This document shows positions 1 to 9,659 of a DNA stretch of 35,073 bases, piece by piece; the first letter of the stretch is position 1; every line of letters starts with the position of its first letter. This DNA comes from a virus (lineage: Duplodnaviria > Caudoviricetes). Location: positions 1-35,073 of the IMG/VR virus record IMGVR_UViG_3300030095_001401, one strand, 5' to 3'. Below the pieces are notes generated by a model. The model saw only the letters and a list, made by a program, of their open reading frames with translations. It had not been told where the DNA came from and did not search any database. The translations under genes were made by a program, and so were the position numbers.

Positions 1-78
1 CCATTTCCCGTTTTTTTTTGGCGACCCAATGTCTACCCATCTTTCTCGCACCCATGATTTAAGTCCTTTTTTTGCCAC
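1..78 (-). CDS. 5' part of small basic protein (second copy of 34548-34787, cut by the contig end)
   Basis: GTG start at 78, MAKKGLKSWVRERWVDIGSPKKNGKW, same protein as at 34787. Confidence 0.85.
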   Translation of the reverse strand, partial: MAKKGLKSWVRERWVDIGSPKKNGKW

Positions 79-205
79 TCTTTTTACCTCCAGGTTTTAT
101 TCTCCCAGAACAAACTCCAGAAGCATACATATTTGCATATGCACTTGGATACTTTTTAAATTTTCTTTTAGCTGCTGCTTTTCCTTTTGCACATAGTTTA
201 GCCAT
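59..205 (-). CDS. 48-aa Lys-rich phage protein (absent from ORF track)
   Basis: Hand translation MAKLCAKGKAAAKRKFKKYPSAYANMYASGVCSGRIKPGGKKSGKKRT*; differences from the copy at 34768-34914 are synonymous except K7R, which supports coding status. Confidence 0.9.
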   Translation of the reverse strand: MAKLCAKGKAAAKRKFKKYPSAYANMYASGVCSGRIKPGGKKSGKKRT

Positions 206-206
206 A

Positions 207-590
207 TCATTCATATCCCATGTATTCGTTAAATTTTTTGTTTAAGTTCTTTAAAGTAATATTACCTTTTGTTTTTTTTATCAAGCTTTGTTTGAATTCT
301 CTTTCTATTTTTGAGTCTATTAAAGTTTGTCCTTTAGGAGGTTTAATTGCTTGTGTAAAATTATATTTTAATAAAGATTTATTTCCTTTTGGAGAATATG
401 GATCAGTTATTAATCGTGATTCAATTGCTCCATAATGTGGACTATCCATATCAGGATATTCTTTTGTCTTATATTTTCTTTTACCATATCTAATACCAGT
501 CTTAGGATTCATTCCTTTTTTTAATAAAGTTTTTATTGGCTTAGTTGCCATATGTCTTAATAATGAATAAACTATTGCTGGTCCAGCCAT
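207..590 (-). CDS. Accessory Lys-rich hypothetical protein, 127 aa, present in only one allele
   Basis: ORF exactly fills the segment missing from the right-end allele; N-terminus resembles that of 21917-23653. Confidence 0.88.
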   Translation of the reverse strand: MAGPAIVYSLLRHMATKPIKTLLKKGMNPKTGIRYGKRKYKTKEYPDMDSPHYGAIESRLITDPYSPKGNKSLLKYNFTQAIKPPKGQTLIDSKIEREFKQSLIKKTKGNITLKNLNKKFNEYMGYE

Positions 591-749
591 ATTATTTCCT
601 CGTTAGTGATCCACCAAAATACAACCCAATGATTGAGAATATTGTGTGTGATTGTAATGGACCAATAACAATTCCTGTCATAGGTTGCCATTTAGTTACA
701 TCATAATCACTAGCAAATATCCACCATCCCTCAGATACTGTTTCTATGT
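591..749. repeat. Terminal redundancy, block B (imperfect copy of 34915-35073)
   Basis: 4 substitutions (613, 622, 625, 631), then 632-749 is identical to the contig end. Confidence 0.97.
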
Positions 750-1023
750 AACCCATATATATTGGTATATCTACAAAAATTGGAGCTACGATTGGTACTA
801 CAATAATACTAAATACACACATTAAAGCTATCCATCTTCGGGTATGTTTAGTGTGTGGATCTGATACTGCTCTTGCCTTATCAGTTTGTTTAGCTGCAAA
901 CCTAGATTGTTGCATCATAGCTTTCTCTCTATCAGCTTGAGCTTGTGCTTTCTGTGCCATGATAGACATGACTCCTCCAAGTACAGTAGAGCCGAGCATT
1001 GATATAAGTTCCATTGGTATCAT
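592..1023 (-). CDS. Membrane protein, possible holin
   Basis: Start revised to MIPMEL at 1023 (GGAGG RBS, ATGA overlap with upstream stop); hydrophobic segments at N-terminus, WIALMCVFSIIVVPIVAPIF and TIFSIIGLYFGG; basic C-terminus; lies after tail fibres. Confidence 0.6.
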   Translation of the reverse strand: MIPMELISMLGSTVLGGVMSIMAQKAQAQADREKAMMQQSRFAAKQTDKARAVSDPHTKHTRRWIALMCVFSIIVVPIVAPIFVDIPIYMGYIETVSEGWWIFASDYDVTKWQPMTGIVIGPLQSHTIFSIIGLYFGGSLTRK

Positions 1024-1202
1024 TGTGATAACCTCCATCCTATTATTGCTATAACTATTGTACCAATCCATACCAGTACTCGTACACCACCTTTGCCTAT
1101 ATTTATAATCTTATATAGTTCGACAATGTCTCTACTATTACGCTCTACAATTTTAGTTAGAGCATCAATCTTTTCGGCTAATTGTTCGTTAGTTACTTTC
1201 AT
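1020..1202 (-). CDS. Small coiled-coil protein with C-terminal transmembrane helix (lysis-region type)
   Basis: 60 aa; heptad-like N-terminal half, then KGGVRVLVWIGTIVIAIIGW. Confidence 0.7.
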   Translation of the reverse strand: MKVTNEQLAEKIDALTKIVERNSRDIVELYKIINIGKGGVRVLVWIGTIVIAIIGWRLSQ

Positions 1203-2290
1203 TAAAATGCTAATCCTACTGTTCCGTTAGTTCCTACGATAGGATGGTCAGCAAAGGCAACCCAAACATATTTATAATCATTAGCGTTATGTACTGTATG
1301 TGCTTCGGGTAAACGAAAGCCTGTTGAAAATAAAGTTATATCTCTGTTTGTGTCTTCGTATGATGTAGAATCAGCCATAACATAACCCTCAACATTATTA
1401 CCTGTTCTACCAGCTGACCCATCTTTTTGAATTGTTCCTTGTACTGAAGTATGTATCATCCAATTCATTGCCTCACTATTAGATTTTATCATTACAAATT
1501 TTGGTCTAAATCCACAATAACAAAAAGGAGCAGTAGGCTCGTTAGAATTTCCATAATGATGTCCAAAATGTGAAAACCCTTGTACCTGTGCAAAACAATA
1601 AGCTACATAAGTATGTGTGCCACTAGCAGAATCATTCACTCCAGCATGCGTACCAACACTAAAAACAGTTGATGTAGGAGCAGTATCATTCCAACGATTT
1701 ACATTATCTGCTTGAGCTGCATTAGTAGCCATTTCCATGTAATCTGTTTCATCTATACCTTGATAATCATCTTTCCAATATACTTGTGTGTTTTCAGCAC
1801 TACTTCTTCTTTTAACCCAAATCATTTTTGGAGCTACACCTAATCCATGTCCTATTGTAGCTGCACTCCCTGTGCCTGTATAAGTTACAATAGAAAATCC
1901 AGCTGTAGTATTAGCTTGTACTGTTGATGTAATAGAACCATCAGAGTTTGATGATGTTGTGCCGCCATTAGCTTTCCATAAATTTTGAATATAATAATCA
2001 CTAGCAGTATTTGTTTCTAAAACTCCACCTGTAAGTGTTAACCCATCTGATGTAAAGCTGGCTACTTTTGTATCTGTGCTTTCTAATGTATTATCATTAG
2101 TTCGGAAATTTTTAGTATATCCTCTTGTACTATCTACAACATTCCAATTAGAACCATCGTGTGTTCTATTTTTAGTCCAAATTAGATCAGGTTTAAAACC
2201 AATTCCTGTAATTGTTGTTGTACTTGCTGAACCAGCATAAAGGTCTGATTCAAAATGTGCTGATGGTTTTGCTATTGTTGTATATGCCAT
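1202..2290 (-). CDS. Tail fibre-associated/virion structural protein (DUF7483-like, recalled)
   Basis: Three internal repeats of a G-F/L-x-P-x-x-x-W/M-x-K motif (GFKPDLIWTKNR, GVAPKMIWVKRR, GFRPKFVMIKS) typical of marine phage tail proteins; GGAG RBS. Confidence 0.75.
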   Translation of the reverse strand: MAYTTIAKPSAHFESDLYAGSASTTTITGIGFKPDLIWTKNRTHDGSNWNVVDSTRGYTKNFRTNDNTLESTDTKVASFTSDGLTLTGGVLETNTASDYYIQNLWKANGGTTSSNSDGSITSTVQANTTAGFSIVTYTGTGSAATIGHGLGVAPKMIWVKRRSSAENTQVYWKDDYQGIDETDYMEMATNAAQADNVNRWNDTAPTSTVFSVGTHAGVNDSASGTHTYVAYCFAQVQGFSHFGHHYGNSNEPTAPFCYCGFRPKFVMIKSNSEAMNWMIHTSVQGTIQKDGSAGRTGNNVEGYVMADSTSYEDTNRDITLFSTGFRLPEAHTVHNANDYKYVWVAFADHPIVGTNGTVGLAF

Positions 2291-2299
2291 GTTATTCTC

Positions 2300-3754
2300 C
2301 TATCCATAATCTTTAATATTTTTTGTGCAAACAGCTAAGTAGTTTGTAGGCGGTGCATATTCAAACGTGCCGTTTCCTTGTGAGTCTGCATTACCACTTG
2401 CTACTGCTGTTGTTCCAAATCTGCCCTCTCCAAAATTACATTGAATAGTATTTGGGTTTGCTCCACCACTTCCATAAGTTCTTTGATAAACAGCTACTGC
2501 TGGTCTAAAAAATTCTCCATTAGCTGTCCATGTTTTATGTGCATTATTTCCACTAGCTATATCTGATGATGATGTTGCGGTATCACTTGATGGTACAGTA
2601 TTCCATGTGCCATTTTTACCCCACCATATCTTTCCAGCATCAAGGTCATAAGCTATCATTAAAATATCGTTTCCTGAAACACTTGCTATATTTGAACCAC
2701 TACCATCATTCCATGCTACTTCTGTATTATCTCCTCTCTGTATATTACGAGTTGCTGTTCCAGCTTGAAATCCAAAACCATCTCCCTCGTTTCCTTGAAT
2801 AAAAGGAGAACGATAAGTTGTATTAATCATTTCATTAGATGCTTTAGAGTTTGCTAAACTTATTCCAACAGTAGAATACATGCCCTCAATGTGTTTAACT
2901 TCAAAATACCATTTACCTTTAGTACATGCTAATGTTCCAGCACTTCCTTTAAATCCATCTGAGGTTGATTGACCATCTTCCCAACCTGTTCCAGCATATT
3001 TCAAAGCAGTTGCAATACCTGTGTAATATGACTCGTGTGCATTTAATGTGCAAAACAAATTACTAGGTGTTGATACAGATTGTTTTAAATTTCCACCGAC
3101 TGTAAAATCATTTGACTGTCCAGAGGAGTCTGTGCCTAATGCAGCACTATTTTCAAATTTTAAAAATGCAGAGTTATCTGCTGAATAAGTAACAGATGGA
3201 GATAAGATCGGTTTCCATTCTCCTGTTGTACTATCAGCTTCTGCAAATACTGTTGGAGCATACGATTGCCCCTCCACTATATGAACATGAGCTAAGTGTC
3301 CATCCCAAAAATTTTGAGAAGATGAGCCATGTCTTGCACCAATAAGTGTTGCATTACCTGATTTAAATACTCCTGTGTCTGTATCTTGATTAGGTGTTGT
3401 TGAATACGCCCATGATGTTAATTGGTCTCCATTTACATATATTCTAATTCTATCTCCAGCAGTAGATTGCGTTGTATCTACTCTTAATACTATGTGATAC
3501 CATGAGCCAACATCAAATAGTTTTCTGTTAGATTGATAATTAGTAACTAAAGAACTACTTGTCATATTAATAAATTTTATAAGACCATCGCCCTCTATGG
3601 ATAAACTTCCATAATTAGCTCCATCATCTTCAACATCACTACTAAAAATTGTCCTAGATGTTAAGAGAGTGCCAATTTTACACCATGCTGACACTGTGTA
3701 AGTTTTTTGATTACCTGATGATGATACTGCTCTTGTTAAATATGAAGTTGCCAT
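2300..3754 (-). CDS. Tail receptor-binding protein with LamG/ConA-like and SPRY-like domains
   Basis: TVSAWCK, WYHIVLRVDT, RIRIYVNG (LamG-like); GKWYFEV, MIAYDLDAGKIWWGKNGTW, CNFG (SPRY-like). Confidence 0.8.
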   Translation of the reverse strand: MATSYLTRAVSSSGNQKTYTVSAWCKIGTLLTSRTIFSSDVEDDGANYGSLSIEGDGLIKFINMTSSSLVTNYQSNRKLFDVGSWYHIVLRVDTTQSTAGDRIRIYVNGDQLTSWAYSTTPNQDTDTGVFKSGNATLIGARHGSSSQNFWDGHLAHVHIVEGQSYAPTVFAEADSTTGEWKPILSPSVTYSADNSAFLKFENSAALGTDSSGQSNDFTVGGNLKQSVSTPSNLFCTLNAHESYYTGIATALKYAGTGWEDGQSTSDGFKGSAGTLACTKGKWYFEVKHIEGMYSTVGISLANSKASNEMINTTYRSPFIQGNEGDGFGFQAGTATRNIQRGDNTEVAWNDGSGSNIASVSGNDILMIAYDLDAGKIWWGKNGTWNTVPSSDTATSSSDIASGNNAHKTWTANGEFFRPAVAVYQRTYGSGGANPNTIQCNFGEGRFGTTAVASGNADSQGNGTFEYAPPTNYLAVCTKNIKDYG

Positions 3755-5589
3755 TAGTTAAATTGTCCTGAGTTAGCCATGCCAACACTTACTGTTATAC
3801 TGAAAGCTCGATCTACTGTTTGGCTTTCTCCATCTGTTAATCTTAATGTAAAATTATACGTTGTGCTAGCAGTTGGCGATGGAGCTGTGCCACTTATTAC
3901 TCCTGTGCTACTGTTAAGCGTTAAATTCATTGTACTTGTTGGAGTATTTGAGTTACTGGTTAACACGCTTGTAGTCTCGCTAAACGCTACTGTTGAATCT
4001 GACGAGCCGTCTATATCTATAGAGACTGATGCTCCAGCTGATACTTCTCCTAGACTTCCAGCCGATGTGCTAAAGGTAGGAGCTGTACTAGCTGTAAGAA
4101 TATTATTGGTACTACGTCCAGCGTTACCATCTGGATTTTCTACTCGTACATGATAGCTACCAGAAGCAAGCGTTACATTTACAGATAACGTGGTTGCATT
4201 AGTAAATGACACTGAGTTTGGTCTAGTAATCGAACCATCAGTTTTTATAAATTCAACAATAGGCACAGTTACAAAATTTGTACCTGTAATATTAATAGTA
4301 GTTGCAGTAGCTGGAGGTATTGTTTGTGATACATCAGCTACTGTTGGTTTAGTTTCTGTTGGCACTTCTGCAAACGATAGGTTTCCAGAACCATCTGTTT
4401 TTAAATAATAATTATTTGTAATGCTTGATGGCAAAGTCAATGTATAAGATTGTGCTGCCGAATGTGGTGGTCCTTTAATTTTTATTCCATGAGAGTTATC
4501 TTCACAGTTAAGCTGGATAGTACCAGCGTTAGTATTACCTTTAACTTCTAACATACCTGTGCCATTTGGCGTAAGTATAATATTACCATTGCTTGTAGAG
4601 GTATTAATTTCTCTGGCTTGTACATCCAGATTGCCGCCTAATTGTGGGCTAGCATCTCCTACAATATCTGTAAGTCCTGTATCAATACTGGTCCATGCAG
4701 ATCCATTGTAAAATTTTAAATTGTTATCAGTAGAGTTATAAAACAAATCTCCCTCATCTAATGAACTACTTGGATCAGATGTGCCAATTCTATATATAGC
4801 TGCAAAGTTATTAACATCAGATATGTTATTAGCTACTGTCGTTACGTTAGATGAAATACCAGCCACGCTAGTAACGTTAGATGATATTCCAGCAACAGTG
4901 GTTACATTGCCGCTAATACCAGCAACAGTTGTAACATTAGAAGAAACTCCGGCAACAGATGTAACGTTTGACGAGATGCCGGCAACGGTGGTGACGTTTG
5001 AGGAAATACCAGCTACAGTCGTAACATCACTAGCTATTCCAGCTACTGTGCTGGTGTCTACCGCTGTGAATGTCGTCGCTACATTTCCATCGCTATCAAA
5101 GGTCATTACCTTAGATGCTCTGGTCGCCTTGGCTGGTAAAGAAACAGTAGCAGATATTGAATCAGTATCTAATAATTTTACTGAACGATCCGATTGTTGA
5201 TCTATATCTGCAAGTTTTGCATAAACTTTATCTAAATCTGTATTGAGAGCAGTAATATCAAACGTTCCAGATGGGCTAAAATCAGAGGCTCTCTCTATGG
5301 TAATGTCCCTGATAATAGTAATAATAGCTCCAGCAGATATGCCAGTAGCTCCTATATTGACTGTGCCTCCAGCACCAAACTCATAAGCATCATCACTATC
5401 AGAAGCTGCGCCTGTAATAGAATACTCATTTACAGCATCAGCATTAGCGTCATAGGTAAGCAATGTCGTGCCATTGTAAACCTTGATATCAGCTACTGCA
5501 AAAAACTCAAAGGGAATAGTAAACGCTTGCTGGTTAGCTGTCGCTGTATATGCCACCCTAGGCGTATTTTTAGCACTAACGATTGTCAT
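3754..5589 (-). CDS. Tail fibre protein (T7 gp17-type N-terminal anchor, 10-aa repeat shaft, Ig-like C-terminal domains)
   Basis: FTIPFEFF...DIKVY and IIRD...DF...LNTDLD anchor motifs; VTTVAGISSN repeats; ITGTNF...VRVENPDG (IPT-like); LNSSTGVISGTAP...YNFTLRLTD (Ig/cadherin-like). Confidence 0.88.
   Translation of the reverse strand: MTIVSAKNTPRVAYTATANQQAFTIPFEFFAVADIKVYNGTTLLTYDANADAVNEYSITGAASDSDDAYEFGAGGTVNIGATGISAGAIITIIRDITIERASDFSPSGTFDITALNTDLDKVYAKLADIDQQSDRSVKLLDTDSISATVSLPAKATRASKVMTFDSDGNVATTFTAVDTSTVAGIASDVTTVAGISSNVTTVAGISSNVTSVAGVSSNVTTVAGISGNVTTVAGISSNVTSVAGISSNVTTVANNISDVNNFAAIYRIGTSDPSSSLDEGDLFYNSTDNNLKFYNGSAWTSIDTGLTDIVGDASPQLGGNLDVQAREINTSTSNGNIILTPNGTGMLEVKGNTNAGTIQLNCEDNSHGIKIKGPPHSAAQSYTLTLPSSITNNYYLKTDGSGNLSFAEVPTETKPTVADVSQTIPPATATTINITGTNFVTVPIVEFIKTDGSITRPNSVSFTNATTLSVNVTLASGSYHVRVENPDGNAGRSTNNILTASTAPTFSTSAGSLGEVSAGASVSIDIDGSSDSTVAFSETTSVLTSNSNTPTSTMNLTLNSSTGVISGTAPSPTASTTYNFTLRLTDGESQTVDRAFSITVSVGMANSGQFN
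4816..5055 (-). repeat. Eight 30-nt coding repeats (VTTVAGISSN consensus)
   Basis: Seen in translation; codons differ between units. Confidence 0.92.
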
Positions 5590-8500
5590 CGCATATCTCC
5601 ATATCTACTCTCTCTTCTAAATTTATTCATATCTTTTACTCCATATATATCATCAAGTGTTAATGGATGTAAACCAACATCATCAATAAAATTTAGTGTT
5701 CCTTTTAACCAATATAAATTTTGAAAAAACATTAATTGTCTTGTAGCAAATGATTGATCACGGCTACTCCCATCTATAGCATCATAAGCAGTTAATCCTT
5801 TGCTAACACCTACTCCACCTAATTGACCATACATATCAAATTCATCTTTAGGACCAAACATTTGATTCATATTAAAATAAGGTCTAATTCCTTGTTCTCC
5901 TCTAGTTAAATTTTCAATAATTCTATTAGTTTCTGTCAACGGTATTAATGAACCACTATTTTCAAAATCAAATAATATTTGTTCTTCTCCTGGTTTATTA
6001 TTAAAATTAGAATACTTAATAGTATTTGCTAGATGTGAGAATATAAAACTGCCAGCAACATAAGAGAAATAACTTCTATCCCTTTCTGCTAAGCCAGATG
6101 CAGTAATTTTTCTGTTAGCTGCTATAGTCCAAGCCATAAATTGTAATGGCAAAACCATAAATGCATTACTAACAATTACACCTCTAGTAATAGGAGTAAT
6201 TTCTGTTGTACCTAACGTTACACCTTTTATTAATCCTCTTAGTATTTTTGAGTACTGATCATTAGATCCTAGTATTTTTCTAAAAGCTTCGCTATTTAAA
6301 ACTATTTTTCCATGCATCATATTGTATTTATCTGCCAATGATGGAGTCACTATTGTTCTTTCAACATCTGCTCTAATTGCTTGTCTAAATCTTCTTAATG
6401 CATCACTACCACCTTTATTTGTTGACCATTCGTTTATGTTAGCCAAGTATAAAGGCGATCTATTTTTTTCTGATACTTGTTGTATAACACCATCATCAAC
6501 TAAATTTTTAATTGTTTTTGCAAATTTTTTATCTAAACCATATGCTGTAAATCTTTTTTCATCTGCTTTATTTAACTTACCAGATGCATACAATATTGCA
6601 TCTTCTATAAATCTATGACTAGATATACCAGCTTGCCAATTTTTAAGAATCCCTGTGTATTGTGTTAAACCATTAGCAAAATAAAAAGGTCTTTGTATAT
6701 CTCTAAGTGCATTACCTACATCTTTTAATGGTCCAGTATATCTTAATCTTGCATCTGCTGAAGTTGTTGTTCTTGCAAATCCACCATTAATAGATTGTAA
6801 TTCCATATAAGTATATAACCAGGATTGTTCTTCTAATATTTGTTTTCTTATTGGTTCAGTTAAATCGTTTAAAGCAGTAGTATATCTATCTGAATCTTTA
6901 CCAAAAAATTTACGGAAACCATGAACAGCAATAGGTCTAGCTATTTCTGGTAATGAAGTAATAGTTACACTACCCATGCTAGTAAGAGTGTTGTAATTTT
7001 TCCAACCCTCAACAAATTGTTTACTCCAAGAAGTAGGAGAAAGAAAGTTTGTTATGCCATATAAATTAGCAATATTAGATTCAAAATTATTTATTGCTGC
7101 ATTTGCTTGGTTTAATTTGAAAGATTTTTTCTTTGCTATTTCTAACATCATGTCTAGTTTAGCAAACGTACCATTACGATCTCCAAACTCTCTAGTCATT
7201 TCTATAGCAGTACCCATGTAATCTCTATAGTATGTTGCTACATCAGTAGAATTAGTATTAATAAAATCAATGCCTTGTACGTTTATAAAATCTTTGTTAG
7301 GCGCAATAATTGTTCTATGTATTAGAGGTGCTACTCTTTTGCTACCTGTAAAAGCTAATATATTATCTGGATCAAGATACGGTGCTTCTACACCCAGTAT
7401 GTGATCTATTTTTTCATCAGCAATTTTATTAAGATATTCATCTAATGATTCAACACTAGGATTGTGTGCTTTTATTATATCTTTATCTTTTTTAAAACCA
7501 GCAACTAATGTTTTTTTAAATAATTCTGTATTTTTTTCTATTGTTTCTATATTCCAGATACGATGCATATATGTATGTGGTTTTTCATTAGGTGGTGTAA
7601 ACGTCCATGACTCTCCAAATATATCATCTGTTCTAATTTTTATTTGATTGAGTAAATCTTTAGCTGAATTAAGCATAGATATTTGATTTGGGCTTAAGTT
7701 TTCTTTCTTCAATTGATTTTCTATTGCATTATTATATTTTTGTATTTTTTCTATTAACGTTTTTACGCTTTCTTTTGTAGGTTTCATCCCAAGTTCAATC
7801 ATATCTTCATCAAATGTTTTATAAAATTTAGTTAATGCATTTCTTGCTTTTGTTAAAGCTTCTTTATGTTCTGTTGTTTTAGCTTTTTTTATCTCTAATG
7901 TAAAAAAATCTTCATCAACATGCAGTTTGCCTATATAATCATTAAACATTCTTCTGGTCATAAATATTTCTTCTGCTTTATTCCTACCTACAAAATTTTT
8001 AACTTTGTTAAATAAGTTTGAAGTTTTATTTTGTAAACTTTTTTCTGCTGCATCAGATGGTTCTCTAAATGTTGCTTGTGATTTAATGTTTGTAAAACTT
8101 ATATTTTTTTCAATAATATCTCCGAATCCTTTTGGTGTTTCTTTTAATAGGTTTGCACTCTTTTCCATACCAGTTTCATATAGAATATATGCATCATCTA
8201 TTTCATTTCTTAATTCTTCCATTACTCTGCCCCAATGCATATCACGTTTTATCATGACAGAACTATCAATAGTAATACCTCTGTCTGCAAATTTATTTCT
8301 TGTACCATAATCTCCTACTAGTTTATGCATAAACATATTTACTTTATTGTATGCTGATCCATGCAAAGATTTAAGAGCAGCTTGTTTACCTAATGGAGAT
8401 AATTTATCTAAAGTTTTTGCTACCTTACCAATTGTTTTACCTAATACTCTTGCAATAATTCCATCTGCCATATCGCCAAAATCTGGTGTGTAATCCATAT

Positions 8501-9659
8501 CTCCTTTTCTTATTGCTTCAGCTGCTATCTCATTTGATAACTCTTCTTCAGATTGTCTTAAAGTTTTCCCTGTAGCTGGTGTTCTATTTATATCTCTAAC
8601 TACTTCTCTTCTAATTAAAAAATCTGTAAATTGTTTTTTATTACGTAAAATAGGTGCAAGATTATCTGGTATTCCAAAAGTTTCTAAACCTTGCATAAAT
8701 CTTTCAAACATAATGTGTATGTGAGCTTCATCAATATCAACAAATTCTTTGCCACCTTTATTATAATATCTAATTGGATTGTAAATAGTATCCATCATGC
8801 TAAGTGTTCTTCTATCTGTTTTACTTCGTCCTGTATCAACTTCAATACGGTTTCCAAAACTATCTGTAAAATTTTTTGAATTACCTGTTGTACCTCTAGT
8901 GATAGTTCTGGTAATACCATCAATATTTAAATCAAAATCTACTGGTATACCTCCATCTTCTTCTTTTGCTTTTTTTAAATACTCTTCTATCTCAGCTTTA
9001 TCAGATTTTTTGTTATATATAATTGCATTCTTTTGTTTATTTAACATTGCTCTTTTGAAACCAGTACCAACACCGCCAAAGATTCCTCCAAATAATGCAC
9101 CCCCACTTATGTACGCTACTGTTTGTTCTGATGTTGCTAATGGATTGTAATAATGTCTACTTACTTCTCCAGCTCCAACTATGCCAGAAGCTATTGCAGA
9201 ACCTCTTAAAACATTTGGTATATATGCAATGCCTTTAGTAAGAGCAAGAGGTGTGTAAGTGCTTGGTTGTAATATTGCAGATACAATTGCTGGCGTCCAT
9301 CTATCGCTGTTTGCCATTCTTGCTGCTCTTGCTTCGTTTCTTAATATGTGTTGTTTTAGTACTTCGTGTTCTTTTGCATTAGTTATATTTTGATCTGCAA
9401 AATAATCTCTATAATCTTTAGTACCATTTTTACCATCGAATCCAATCATATTTTCTTCGTCATACCATATATAATTAGGATCTGGTTCAAATTCTTGTTT
9501 AATATAAAAAGGTATTGGTCCTATATTAGTTAATATTCCTTTTTGTCCAAGACCTTTTCTTATTTCAATGTCTTGTAACATTGGTCCAACTTCATATTCG
9601 TAAAAATTATCTACTACATCTTCCCAATATGTTGTTTTATTTTTTATATCAATCGGCAT
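5586..9659 (-). CDS. Large internal virion (ejection) protein, positional equivalent of T7 gp16
   Basis: 1357 aa, helical and charged with Gly/Ala hydrophobic stretches; third of three genes between nozzle and fibre. Confidence 0.7.
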   Translation of the reverse strand: MPIDIKNKTTYWEDVVDNFYEYEVGPMLQDIEIRKGLGQKGILTNIGPIPFYIKQEFEPDPNYIWYDEENMIGFDGKNGTKDYRDYFADQNITNAKEHEVLKQHILRNEARAARMANSDRWTPAIVSAILQPSTYTPLALTKGIAYIPNVLRGSAIASGIVGAGEVSRHYYNPLATSEQTVAYISGGALFGGIFGGVGTGFKRAMLNKQKNAIIYNKKSDKAEIEEYLKKAKEEDGGIPVDFDLNIDGITRTITRGTTGNSKNFTDSFGNRIEVDTGRSKTDRRTLSMMDTIYNPIRYYNKGGKEFVDIDEAHIHIMFERFMQGLETFGIPDNLAPILRNKKQFTDFLIRREVVRDINRTPATGKTLRQSEEELSNEIAAEAIRKGDMDYTPDFGDMADGIIARVLGKTIGKVAKTLDKLSPLGKQAALKSLHGSAYNKVNMFMHKLVGDYGTRNKFADRGITIDSSVMIKRDMHWGRVMEELRNEIDDAYILYETGMEKSANLLKETPKGFGDIIEKNISFTNIKSQATFREPSDAAEKSLQNKTSNLFNKVKNFVGRNKAEEIFMTRRMFNDYIGKLHVDEDFFTLEIKKAKTTEHKEALTKARNALTKFYKTFDEDMIELGMKPTKESVKTLIEKIQKYNNAIENQLKKENLSPNQISMLNSAKDLLNQIKIRTDDIFGESWTFTPPNEKPHTYMHRIWNIETIEKNTELFKKTLVAGFKKDKDIIKAHNPSVESLDEYLNKIADEKIDHILGVEAPYLDPDNILAFTGSKRVAPLIHRTIIAPNKDFINVQGIDFINTNSTDVATYYRDYMGTAIEMTREFGDRNGTFAKLDMMLEIAKKKSFKLNQANAAINNFESNIANLYGITNFLSPTSWSKQFVEGWKNYNTLTSMGSVTITSLPEIARPIAVHGFRKFFGKDSDRYTTALNDLTEPIRKQILEEQSWLYTYMELQSINGGFARTTTSADARLRYTGPLKDVGNALRDIQRPFYFANGLTQYTGILKNWQAGISSHRFIEDAILYASGKLNKADEKRFTAYGLDKKFAKTIKNLVDDGVIQQVSEKNRSPLYLANINEWSTNKGGSDALRRFRQAIRADVERTIVTPSLADKYNMMHGKIVLNSEAFRKILGSNDQYSKILRGLIKGVTLGTTEITPITRGVIVSNAFMVLPLQFMAWTIAANRKITASGLAERDRSYFSYVAGSFIFSHLANTIKYSNFNNKPGEEQILFDFENSGSLIPLTETNRIIENLTRGEQGIRPYFNMNQMFGPKDEFDMYGQLGGVGVSKGLTAYDAIDGSSRDQSFATRQLMFFQNLYWLKGTLNFIDDVGLHPLTLDDIYGVKDMNKFRRESRYGDMR

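Larger units (their letters stand above)
1..205. repeat. Terminal redundancy, block A (imperfect copy of 34710-34914)
   Basis: 1-57 is identical to 34710-34766; 11 substitutions counted by eye over 205 nt. Confidence 0.97.

Noticed and set aside
207-590. Homing endonuclease or IS explaining the insertion
   Set aside because: No HNH, GIY-YIG, LAGLIDADG or transposase motif; no terminal inverted repeats
1-749. T7-style direct terminal repeats
   Set aside because: Copies differ by 15 substitutions and a 385-nt indel and start/end inside genes; true terminal repeats are regenerated identically
3779-5200. Plus-strand ORFs opposite the tail fibre (also 6322-9150, 11917-12270, 24557-24910, 32570-33760)
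   Set aside because: Antisense shadows of well-supported genes; no RBS or recognisable motifs
1202-5589. Diversity-generating retroelement acting on tail genes (as in BPP-1)
   Set aside because: No reverse transcriptase and no TR/VR pair with adenine-specific differences seen
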